A stretch of 32,000 nucleotides of DNA from Candidatus Nanoarchaeia archaeon (lineage in GTDB: Archaea; Nanobdellota; Nanobdellia; Woesearchaeales; JANQNC01). Each line of letters opens with the position of its first letter. Positions within the stretch are counted from its first letter, which is position 1. The DNA lies in NCBI GenBank assembly GCA_028279745.1, contig JANQNC010000001.1, forward strand, positions 480,001-512,000, read 5' to 3'. Under the pieces are notes generated by a model. It worked only from the letters and a program-made list of their open reading frames with translations, did not search any database and was not told the DNA's origin. Below, piece by piece: positions 23,878 to 31,068 of the stretch. The position numbers were made by a program, and so were the translations under genes.

Positions 23878-24936
23878 TTATTTACCTCCTAATCTTTTCT
23901 TTCTAACTCTTAAAAATCCAACAGCACCAATAGCTAAAGCAGTCCCTGCTGCTACTGTGCCCATCTCAGGAATCTCAAATCCAAAATCAAATGGTGTTTC
24001 TTCTTCACTCAAGTCAATAACATCATTACCACAGCTAAGGCTTGAATGCACAATAACTTTACCATCTGAAGGATCAGGATTGCCTATACAGCTAAGAGGA
24101 ATCTTAACCTCAATAACATAAGTGTCTTGACGACCCGCAAATATGCCTGAACCAGAAGCAGGATCAGTTCCTGAGTAACCTTCTAAAGGAATATTGTCTC
24201 GTTTAACATATGCGACTTCAGCACAGCCTTCTTGAATATTGTCACATTCGTCAACGTGAGAATGTCCGTTTTCATCTATTATAGTTCCATCAACCCAGTC
24301 AGGCTCCTCACAAATGTCACCCATTCTTAGAGATGGATCACTTCCATCCCCATAGTTTGTGTGGTTGTTCAAAACAATACCATATGTGTATGAGAAAGGA
24401 TTCAAAACTTTTATTTCCAGATCCCCCATCCAGTAAGGATCCTCCCCATCATAAATTATTCCTGGAGGCATAGATGTAATTATTGCAAAATAAGCGTTGT
24501 TTTCATCATTATCAAAATAAATTGCTTCAATATCAAACTGCTCACCAAAAACAGGCTCTAAAACATTAAACGGATTGGTGACGGGTTCATCATAATCCTG
24601 CTGATTAGCACCTTTACCTTTTATGTGGATACCTGTTGCGGAAAAGTTACTTGCTAAATCCGTAAAGTATGATGGTTGCCCATGTTGTTCAGGATCTCTG
24701 TTGTTCTCAACAACATAGTCAACTGTTGAATGAGAAGGCTTCCATGCCTGCCTTGCAGTGGCTTCACTGTTTGAACAAGTGTTCGTGCCATTGTTTAACT
24801 CACATAAACCAACTCTTATATCGTTGTCATTAAGCCCCCAGTCTTCAAGATCTCCATCAACTGTATATGAGGCTGCCAAAACTCCACTAATAGAAACTAC
24901 AAGCGCGAAAAGCACCATAAAAATTTTATTTTTCAT
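23878..24936 (-). CDS. Secreted acidic surface protein with a PEM variant of the PEF-CTERM-like tail
   Basis: 352 aa. The signal peptide is MKNKIFMVLFALVVSISGVLA|AS. The mature N-terminus YTVDGDLEDWG resembles the start of CBM9/DOMON-like carbohydrate-binding modules, but the similarity is weak. It has 8 Cys and the sequons NGT, NFS and NHT. The tail is PEM + GTVAAGTALAIGAVGFL + RVRKKRLGGK. An SD GAGGT lies 6 nt upstream. Confidence 0.8.
   Translation of the reverse strand: MKNKIFMVLFALVVSISGVLAASYTVDGDLEDWGLNDNDIRVGLCELNNGTNTCSNSEATARQAWKPSHSTVDYVVENNRDPEQHGQPSYFTDLASNFSATGIHIKGKGANQQDYDEPVTNPFNVLEPVFGEQFDIEAIYFDNDENNAYFAIITSMPPGIIYDGEDPYWMGDLEIKVLNPFSYTYGIVLNNHTNYGDGSDPSLRMGDICEEPDWVDGTIIDENGHSHVDECDNIQEGCAEVAYVKRDNIPLEGYSGTDPASGSGIFAGRQDTYVIEVKIPLSCIGNPDPSDGKVIVHSSLSCGNDVIDLSEEETPFDFGFEIPEMGTVAAGTALAIGAVGFLRVRKKRLGGK
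23881..23970 (-). other. PEF-CTERM-like C-terminal sorting signal (PEM variant)
   Basis: PEMGTVAAGTALAIGAVGFLRVRKKRLGGK. Confidence 0.55.
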
Positions 24937-24983
24937 ATTACCTACCTCTCAAGGTTATTAAGTGTCATTTCTGGCAGTTTAAG

Positions 24984-24991
24984 TATATAAA
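24984..24991 (-). promoter_or_regulatory. TATA-like box (reverse strand TTTATATA) for the three-gene cargo operon 24936->23291
   Basis: The box lies about 50 nt upstream of ATG 24936. It predicts a ~25-nt leader carrying the SD GAGGT (24948-24944). Confidence 0.4.
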
Positions 24992-25039
24992 ACTTGTGTA
25001 TTGCCCCTTACACTATTTATTGTTGATAAAATAGATAAT

Positions 25040-25047
25040 TTTATAAA
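25040..25047 (+). promoter_or_regulatory. TATA-like box TTTATAAA for the operon starting at 25090
   Basis: The context is GATAATTTTATAAACAAAATTTGTCAGGAATAGGTAAAGCAAGGAGGGTCTAAACAATG. It predicts a TSS near 25070 and a leader carrying the SD AGGAGG (25075-25080). Confidence 0.45.
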
Positions 25048-25089
25048 CAAAATTTGTCAGGAATAGGTAAAGCAAGGAGGGTCTAAACA

Positions 25090-26403
25090 ATGAAGATAAG
25101 TGTATTCGGATTAGGATATGTAGGATGTGTTAGTAGTGCAGCATTTGCACACATGGGACATAAGATAATAGGAGTGGATCTAAACAAAATAAAAGTAGGA
25201 TTAATCAATGACGGGAAAAGCCCAATAGTAGAAAAAAACCTCGGGAAATATATCAAGGCAGGCATAAAAAACAAAAGACTAAGAGCTACAACAGACACTG
25301 AAGATGCTGTTTTAAATTCAGATGTTTCTTTAATATGTGTGGGAACACCAAGCAAAAAGTCAGGAGGACTAGACTTAAAATATACAAAAGCAGTATGCGA
25401 GGCAATAGGTAAAACCCTAAAGAAGAAAAAAGGCAATCATATCGTAATATTCAAATCAACAATGCTTCCAGGAAGCGCAGAAGATGTACTGACACCTGTG
25501 CTAGAAAAAGCATCAGGCAAAAAAGTCGGAAAAGGATTTGATGTTGTAAGTAATCCAGAATTCCTAAGAGAAAGTACAGCAATATATGACTTTTTCAATC
25601 CACCATCAACAGTAATCGGTGCTAATAACAAAAAAGCGGCAGACACAGTAGAGAAAATCTACAAAGGAGTGAAAGGGCCTTTTGTAAAGACCACCATCAA
25701 GACAGCAGAAATGGTTAAGTATACAGACAACTGTTTCCACGGATTAAAAGCAGCCTTCGGAAACGAGATAGGTGACGTATGTAAAAAAGTTGGAGTGGAT
25801 GGACATGAACTAATGAGAATATTCTGCTTGGACACCAAATTAAATCTATCACCTTACTACTTCAAACCAGGGTTCCCCTTCGGAGGAAGCTGTTTGCCTA
25901 AAGATGTAAGAGGAATGAATGCAGAAGCTAAAAAAGTTGGTTTAAGTTTACCAATATTAAAAAACATAATCCCAAGCAATAGAAACCAAATAGATATCTG
26001 TACAAATATGATCCTTAACACAAAAAAGAAAAACATAGGTATCTTGGGGTTAAGCTTTAAGGCAGATACAGACGACATAAGGGAAAGCCCAATCATAGAC
26101 ATAATCCACAATCTAAGGAAGAAAAGGAAAAATGTCATGATATATGACAGCAATGTCTTAACAGCACAAAAGTTTGGTGCGAATAAAGATGTTATCGAGA
26201 AAGAAGCACCGCACTTAATGGATCACTTCACACATTCACTTGCTGAACTGGTGAGAAAATCTGATGTTATAGTGTTTGAAAACAAAGACAAAGAATTTGA
26301 GAAAGTTTTACCTATGATAAAAAAGAAACACATAGTTATAGACTTTGTTAGATTCACATCACCCGACAAAGTAAAAGGAGTTTACGAGGGACTATGCTGG
26401 TAA
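25090..26403 (+). CDS. algD: Nucleotide-sugar 6-dehydrogenase, GDP-mannose 6-dehydrogenase (AlgD)-like
   Basis: 437 aa. Its motifs match my recollection of Pseudomonas AlgD better than Ugd: ISVFGLGYVG, LINDGKSPIVE, ICVGTPSKK, NPEFLRESTAI, GFPFGGSCLPKDV (catalytic Cys), LGLSFKADTDDIRESP and the extreme C-terminus EGLCW (AlgD ends EGICW). Ugd-type enzymes read GTGYVG and GGSCFPKD instead. The symbol denotes the family, not proven specificity. Confidence 0.85.
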   Translation: MKISVFGLGYVGCVSSAAFAHMGHKIIGVDLNKIKVGLINDGKSPIVEKNLGKYIKAGIKNKRLRATTDTEDAVLNSDVSLICVGTPSKKSGGLDLKYTKAVCEAIGKTLKKKKGNHIVIFKSTMLPGSAEDVLTPVLEKASGKKVGKGFDVVSNPEFLRESTAIYDFFNPPSTVIGANNKKAADTVEKIYKGVKGPFVKTTIKTAEMVKYTDNCFHGLKAAFGNEIGDVCKKVGVDGHELMRIFCLDTKLNLSPYYFKPGFPFGGSCLPKDVRGMNAEAKKVGLSLPILKNIIPSNRNQIDICTNMILNTKKKNIGILGLSFKADTDDIRESPIIDIIHNLRKKRKNVMIYDSNVLTAQKFGANKDVIEKEAPHLMDHFTHSLAELVRKSDVIVFENKDKEFEKVLPMIKKKHIVIDFVRFTSPDKVKGVYEGLCW

Positions 26404-27167
26404 ACAAAAAAAATTTATTTTTTGTAATTTTTATTCTTTCAATTAGTCTTGTTCTTGCATATGAAGAACAACAAGGCCAAGACTCATACTTGGCAATATG
26501 GGCAGAACACCCATCATTTTATGCTAACTATACCGGCGTGGGAGACTGCACAATAAGATTTTATGACTATGATGCATGGACAAACCCAGTATACATGGAA
26601 GGAACAGACGGGTTATATCAAACAGAATACGAGTTAAGTGAAGGAGAACATGACTGGACAGTTTCTTGTTATGATGGAAATGAAAACTTACTTTTAACAG
26701 ATACCGTTAATGTAGGTGTTGAGGTTCTCGAAGAAGACGATTATGGAAAGATAGAATGGAAAAACGGCAATCCATTTGGAAAAGACGAGGAAGAATATAC
26801 TCTGGTTGACTATAGACTGGCAGCTGCAGACTCTTCAGTGCTAGATGAAGGAGTAGACACTTCAGCAAGAATCACACTTAAACAAACCGACATATACGGC
26901 AGACCAACACTATGTTACAGACCCGACTTCAGTGAATTTTTTACAGAGGTTACAGGGAATTGCAGAGACTGTGAAGCAGACGGAATATGCACTTTGATAA
27001 GCTACTCAGATGGTGAAGTTGTTTTTGATGTTACACACTTCTCAAGCTTCGGCGTTGATGGAAGTCCTGTTGCATATGAAGCACCAGAATTTTCAGTTAC
27101 AGGAATAATAGCTACAGTCATAATTGCAGGAATTGCACTATTTTTGTATCATAAAAAAACACAGTAA
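26394..27167 (+). CDS. Secreted acidic surface protein with a PEF-CTERM-like tail
   Basis: 257 aa. The signal peptide is MLVNKKNLFFVIFILSISLVLA|YE. It has 6 Cys and an NYT sequon. EGEHDWTVSCYDGNEN resembles the G-x-H-x-[WY]-x-V-x-[AC]-x-D-x-x-G-N strand motif of bacterial/archaeal Ig-like domains, but the similarity is weak. The tail is PEF + SVTGIIATVIIAGIALFLY + HKKTQ. The gene overlaps the dehydrogenase gene by 10 nt. Confidence 0.8.
   Translation: MLVNKKNLFFVIFILSISLVLAYEEQQGQDSYLAIWAEHPSFYANYTGVGDCTIRFYDYDAWTNPVYMEGTDGLYQTEYELSEGEHDWTVSCYDGNENLLLTDTVNVGVEVLEEDDYGKIEWKNGNPFGKDEEEYTLVDYRLAAADSSVLDEGVDTSARITLKQTDIYGRPTLCYRPDFSEFFTEVTGNCRDCEADGICTLISYSDGEVVFDVTHFSSFGVDGSPVAYEAPEFSVTGIIATVIIAGIALFLYHKKTQ
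27084..27164 (+). other. PEF-CTERM-like C-terminal sorting signal
   Basis: PEFSVTGIIATVIIAGIALFLYHKKTQ. Confidence 0.6.
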
Positions 27168-27187
27168 AAATAAGAAAAAGAGGGAAA

Positions 27188-28924
27188 ATGAAAAAGCTAA
27201 CACTGCTAATACTTGTATCATTATTCATTCTGCCAGCCGTGCTTGCATATAAAGTCGATCCTGACGAACTTACTTATACTGAAAAAGAAGTGGTGGGATA
27301 TTCCGCACTAAATATAAGAGGGATAGACAACCAAGGATACACACAAGGAAAATCATTCAAATGGAAAGTTGATATGTACTTGCCAGAAGAAACTTTTGTA
27401 TACGCACAACCAGTATCAAAAATAGTACTTAGGATAAGGAATGCGACAAAACCTTTCACTGTGCCGAAAGAGGCAGTGTTTACAGGGATGGAAAGGTATC
27501 CCTTAACAGGAAACTTTAGGACCGTTACAGGAATTAAAGACTTAGACGTAGTATATTACCATTCTATGTGGTCTGTTGGAGGAAATAGCATAGCTTCCAC
27601 ACCTCAACAAAATACTATTGCAGTCAACAACGGGAGATATCAAAAAGTTACAATACACCTACCTGAAAAACCCATACTCAAAAAGATAGGTGATGCTGAA
27701 AGACCAAAAGATGTCATCAAGATGGACGAGTCTACCTACTTCTTCCCACACATAGAACTGCCAGCAGTTGTATACTATGATCCCGGGAAAAAGTCTGCCG
27801 TGCAGAAAGGACTGATCCTAATCTTAATACTAGCAACCATCGCATTATTTACGCTAGCAAAATTCATACCCTCATTCAACATAAAATCAAAACACATGCT
27901 GCTTGCATTAATACTTACATTCTTACTTATGGCCCAATTCGCACAAATAGTCCCAAACCCAGAAAAAACAGTCCTAAACTTACAAAAATCAACAAAACCC
28001 TTTGAAACAGATAAAAAAGTGCTTTCGACATTTACCACCTATCTCTGGAACACAATAGGGTTAACAAAAACTATCGACTATGCAATCATAGGAAACAGCT
28101 ACAAATGCGGGAGTAAACAATACTTCTTAACAGAAAGAAGCGCTGAAAAAATATTTGTTGTGGACAAGTATGAAAACTACAGATGTTCGAGAAACCTATT
28201 TGAAAATTTCAACTCATCCAAAATAGAAGTGATGAGCATCGAAGAGATAGAAGAAGAACTAAGCAAAGAGGGCAGCTTAAGACATCCTTTCAAAAAGTTG
28301 TTCATAACAAATGCTAAACTGATAACATTCCTATCTGCAATACTGTTCTCTTTCTTAAGTGCATATCTAATATTGCTGGTAGTAGAGATTAAGAAAACAA
28401 AAATATGGCTTGCTGCAATAATAATGTTTGTTTCATATTTTTTACTCAAACTGTTCTATACCCTCATAGGCTACATTGCACATATGCCTGTAAGTTATCA
28501 CGGAAACCTTCCTTTCGGAATGACTTTAACCGCATTCTTCATGCCCGACACAGTCTTTGGAGGGAACACAGTAAGGCTTATCTTTTCTGTACTCGGGGTA
28601 CTTATATTAATTTTCTCAAGAATGTTTAGAAGAAAAATAAATATTGCGTTAGTTTTTGTACCTATACTTTTTATGATACTATTGTTGGCACTGCCACAAA
28701 CAGAGTTCATGGCAAAAAGAGAAGTAATAACCGTAATGTCTGGAGAAGGATTCTTGTATGACCAGAGAATAGGGAACGCCTTCTCTCTAAAAGAGATGTA
28801 TACTAAGATGAGGAACGAAGATTATAAACAAGTCCAAAATTATCTATGCACAAGAGATGATCTAAAAGACTCTCTCACACAAAAAGTATTAGCATGCGAA
28901 AGTAAAGGGGATGATACAAAATGA
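27188..28924 (+). CDS. Uncharacterised polytopic membrane protein with an N-terminal ~190-aa exported domain
   Basis: 578 aa. The signal peptide is MKKLTLLILVSLFILPAVLA|YK, followed by a soluble domain and 2 TM helices. A ~120-aa loop (with Cys in YKCGSKQ and YRCSRN) precedes about 5 more TM helices and an ~80-aa soluble C-terminus. I recognise no family motif. An ATGA overlap joins it to the next gene at 28921-28924. Confidence 0.75.
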   Translation: MKKLTLLILVSLFILPAVLAYKVDPDELTYTEKEVVGYSALNIRGIDNQGYTQGKSFKWKVDMYLPEETFVYAQPVSKIVLRIRNATKPFTVPKEAVFTGMERYPLTGNFRTVTGIKDLDVVYYHSMWSVGGNSIASTPQQNTIAVNNGRYQKVTIHLPEKPILKKIGDAERPKDVIKMDESTYFFPHIELPAVVYYDPGKKSAVQKGLILILILATIALFTLAKFIPSFNIKSKHMLLALILTFLLMAQFAQIVPNPEKTVLNLQKSTKPFETDKKVLSTFTTYLWNTIGLTKTIDYAIIGNSYKCGSKQYFLTERSAEKIFVVDKYENYRCSRNLFENFNSSKIEVMSIEEIEEELSKEGSLRHPFKKLFITNAKLITFLSAILFSFLSAYLILLVVEIKKTKIWLAAIIMFVSYFLLKLFYTLIGYIAHMPVSYHGNLPFGMTLTAFFMPDTVFGGNTVRLIFSVLGVLILIFSRMFRRKINIALVFVPILFMILLLALPQTEFMAKREVITVMSGEGFLYDQRIGNAFSLKEMYTKMRNEDYKQVQNYLCTRDDLKDSLTQKVLACESKGDDTK

Positions 28925-29742
28925 GATTCAAAAAACTATTGACTGCACTGTTACTTTCGTTCCCACTAGTGCAAGCTCAAGGAATAAGCAGCATGCTAGA
29001 CACGGCACAATACAGTAGAGGAATGATGCTGTTCTTCTTATGTTTAGCAATATTAATAGCATTCCCTTTCATCAACAAACAGATAAAAAGCATCATGCTT
29101 ATACCCTTCCTTTTCATCCTGGGAAGAGGGCTTATAAGGATTGGAGAACAAGACATAGTAAAAGCATTTACAAGTGTGCTTCCAGGACTAAAAGTGGGCG
29201 TGCCGCTTGCAATTGTTCTAGTTGTAGTGAGCGCAATACTTTTTGTGCCAGTGTATCTGTTACGTAAAGCAAATATAATAAAACCAGAGACAACTGACTC
29301 TTTAGAAAAATACTTCAAAGAAGGAACAAAAAAAGGCCACGACATAGAAAGCCTGAAAAAAGCACTGTACCTTCAAGGAATATCAAAAATAGATGTGGAT
29401 GATGCAGCACAAAGTGCAATATCTTCCCCATTACTTAGAAAAATAACTGAAAAAGTAAAAGGTAAGAAAAGCGTTACTTCACTAAAAGACTATTTTGACC
29501 AAGGTCTGAAAAAAGGCTACTCAGTTAGTGCTCTTAAAATGACTTTAGTTAAAAAAGGATTTGAACAAAGCGTAGTAGAAAAAGCTTCAGATAGATTCAA
29601 AAAACCAGAAAGCTACCTGGAAGAATACATACAAAAAGGACTGAAAAAAGGATTTAAGATCGAATCTTTAAAAAAAGCACTGTTAAAACAAGGTGTTGAT
29701 TCAAAAGATCTTGAAAATGCAATTAACAAGGTGACAAAATGA
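28921..29742 (+). CDS. Uncharacterised membrane protein with three C-terminal ~40-aa helical repeats
   Basis: 273 aa. The signal-like N-terminus MRFKKLLTALLLSFPLVQA|QG is followed by three hydrophobic helices. After LLRKANIIK come three repeats of the L-x-x-Y-[FI]-x-x-G-L-K-K-G-[YFH]-x-[IV]-x-[SA]-L-K-x-x-L-x-x-x-G type. Confidence 0.75.
   Translation: MRFKKLLTALLLSFPLVQAQGISSMLDTAQYSRGMMLFFLCLAILIAFPFINKQIKSIMLIPFLFILGRGLIRIGEQDIVKAFTSVLPGLKVGVPLAIVLVVVSAILFVPVYLLRKANIIKPETTDSLEKYFKEGTKKGHDIESLKKALYLQGISKIDVDDAAQSAISSPLLRKITEKVKGKKSVTSLKDYFDQGLKKGYSVSALKMTLVKKGFEQSVVEKASDRFKKPESYLEEYIQKGLKKGFKIESLKKALLKQGVDSKDLENAINKVTK
29299..29730 (+). repeat. Three protein-level repeats (aa 127-166, 187-226 and 231-270 of the 273-aa protein)
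   Basis: The repeats are SLEKYFKEGTKKGHDIESLKKALYLQGISKIDVDDAAQSA, SLKDYFDQGLKKGYSVSALKMTLVKKGFEQSVVEKASDRF and SYLEEYIQKGLKKGFKIESLKKALLKQGVDSKDLENAINKV. Confidence 0.8.
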
Positions 29743-30113
29743 AATTTTTAGACACTAAACTATTCGCAATCATCTCTAACCTTCCATTAATAGGCGGTCT
29801 AATGACCCTATTATTCATAATCTCAATAATAAACAATAAACAACTGCTTCCAGAGTCCACAAGGAAAGGAATAGCTATGCAGTTCTTTGCACCGCTGGTC
29901 TACTTTATAGGAAGACTGGTTTCATTCCTACTTTGGTTCTTCTTTGGGCTAATGATCCTAGAAAAAATAATATCCTGGATTTCACTAATATGGTTATTAG
30001 GGTGTTATATCTACATGCTGAAAAACGTGCTGACAATAATAAAAGACAAGAAAGCAGACTATGGTTTATTTGATGTTCCTTTAAAGGTCATAGAAAAGTT
30101 CTTATGGCACTAA
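29739..30113 (+). CDS. Small (124 aa) membrane protein with 3-4 TM helices, function unknown
   Basis: The sequence reads MKFLDTKLFAIISNLPLIGGLMTLLFIISIINNK...AMQFFAPLVYFIGRLVSFLLWFFFGLMILEKIISWISLIWLLGCYIYML. An ATGA overlap joins it to the upstream gene, with the SD AGGTGA upstream. It resembles DUF4870-type small membrane proteins only loosely. Confidence 0.6.
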   Translation: MKFLDTKLFAIISNLPLIGGLMTLLFIISIINNKQLLPESTRKGIAMQFFAPLVYFIGRLVSFLLWFFFGLMILEKIISWISLIWLLGCYIYMLKNVLTIIKDKKADYGLFDVPLKVIEKFLWH

Positions 30114-30973
30114 ATTTTAGAAGAACTTATCTTCTTCCATTCATCCTTAAGATTTTTGTTTTGCTTTAAGTCAAGATACGCACTTACCCATATGTACAAA
30201 TCTAAAAAAAGATAGGGCCAAGCGTAAATGCTAGTGAATAAATATCTAAGATCTGAAACTGACCTCTGTCGCTTAATGTTCATTCCTGCTTTAGTCATCT
30301 GCCACCAACCATATCTCACCCTTTTCTTCTCAACAATATAATCATTAAGCGTGTGAGCAGGATTGACTAGAACTTTTGCATCGGGCTCGTAGACTATGCT
30401 GTATCCTTTATTCTTTATATTCCAACCCAGAAGAGCATCTTCAACAGTATTTGATTTATCAATACTAACAAAAGCTTTCTTTCTTACTGCAAACAAATAA
30501 CCGTTAAGCGCAAACAAAGAACCTGCCTCTGATTCTTTTGATCTTCGTTCGTGCAAAACATCCCACCCAAACTTTTGAAGGTTAGCAAAGAAATTATCAC
30601 ACAGATAAGGAACTGTTCTGCCCATAACCGCACCTATTGAGCTATCATTAAAATGAGGCAGAAGCTTTTTTATAGAGCCTTGTTTTATTATCAAATCAGC
30701 ATCGGTGAAAACAACAAGCTCATTCCTCGCTTTTTTCATTATAACATTTTGAGCAGAACCTTTACCAGAACGGGCAGATTCTTCAATAAGTTTTATCCTC
30801 TTATCTTTTCTTGCATACTTTTTTACAACATCCACAGTATAATCTGTGCATGCAGAAGCAACCACAATAAGCTCATCAGTCTTATTTAGTTCGGGCAAAA
30901 TGCTACTTACTGCTCTCCCAATACTTTTTCCTTCATTATATGCACAGATCCCCACAGTAATGTTGTTAACCAT
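30110..30973 (-). CDS. GT2-family glycosyltransferase
   Basis: Motifs are ITVGICAYNEGKSIGRAVSSIL, LIVVASACTDYT and LVVFTDADLII (DxD). There is a C-terminal hydrophobic segment. I prefer ATG 30973 (MVNNITV...) over the track's TTG 30976. Confidence 0.85.
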   Translation of the reverse strand: MVNNITVGICAYNEGKSIGRAVSSILPELNKTDELIVVASACTDYTVDVVKKYARKDKRIKLIEESARSGKGSAQNVIMKKARNELVVFTDADLIIKQGSIKKLLPHFNDSSIGAVMGRTVPYLCDNFFANLQKFGWDVLHERRSKESEAGSLFALNGYLFAVRKKAFVSIDKSNTVEDALLGWNIKNKGYSIVYEPDAKVLVNPAHTLNDYIVEKKRVRYGWWQMTKAGMNIKRQRSVSDLRYLFTSIYAWPYLFLDLYIWVSAYLDLKQNKNLKDEWKKISSSKI

Positions 30974-30996
30974 CAAATAAAAAATGAAAAACAGAC

Positions 30997-31004
30997 TTTA
31001 AAAA
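30997..31004 (-). promoter_or_regulatory. TATA-like box (reverse strand TTTTTAAA) about 26 nt upstream of ATG 30973
   Basis: No SD lies between the box and the ATG. The spacing predicts a leaderless mRNA. Confidence 0.35.
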
Positions 31005-31041
31005 CATTTCTACTGAGAACGCAACAAAATCAAGCAAAACA

Positions 31042-31049
31042 TTTATAAA
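31042..31049 (+). promoter_or_regulatory. TATA-like box TTTATAAA upstream of the phosphosugar transferase gene
   Basis: The context is CAAAACATTTATAAATACAGCAAGGGGAAAAATAATG. The box centre is about 24 nt upstream of ATG 31069. An AAGGGG lies 7 nt upstream of the ATG, so the mRNA is either leaderless or has a very short leader. Confidence 0.45.
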
Positions 31050-31068
31050 TACAGCAAGGGGAAAAATA

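Noticed and set aside
23878-24936. I considered calling the 352-aa cargo protein a CBM9/DOMON-type carbohydrate-binding protein on the basis of its YTVDGDLEDWG N-terminus.
   Set aside because: A single short motif is not enough. The rest of the sequence could not be matched by eye to the family, so it stays only as a weak note in the feature evidence.
24996-25013. The inverted repeat GTGTA-N8-TACAC in the largest intergenic spacer could be an operator or a terminator.
   Set aside because: The stem is only 5 bp, there is no flanking T-run, and such a match is easily produced by chance in 153 bp.
27188-28924. I considered whether the 578-aa polytopic protein next to the PEF-tailed cargo is the missing archaeosortase.
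   Set aside because: Archaeosortases and exosortases are about 250-350 aa with a conserved Cys (in a C-S/T-G-like context), Arg and His inside the TM core. This protein has no Cys in its C-terminal TM bundle; its Cys lie in YKCGSKQ and YRCSRN in a soluble loop and in the soluble tail. It also has a large exported N-domain. Context remains suggestive, but the identity claim is not supportable.
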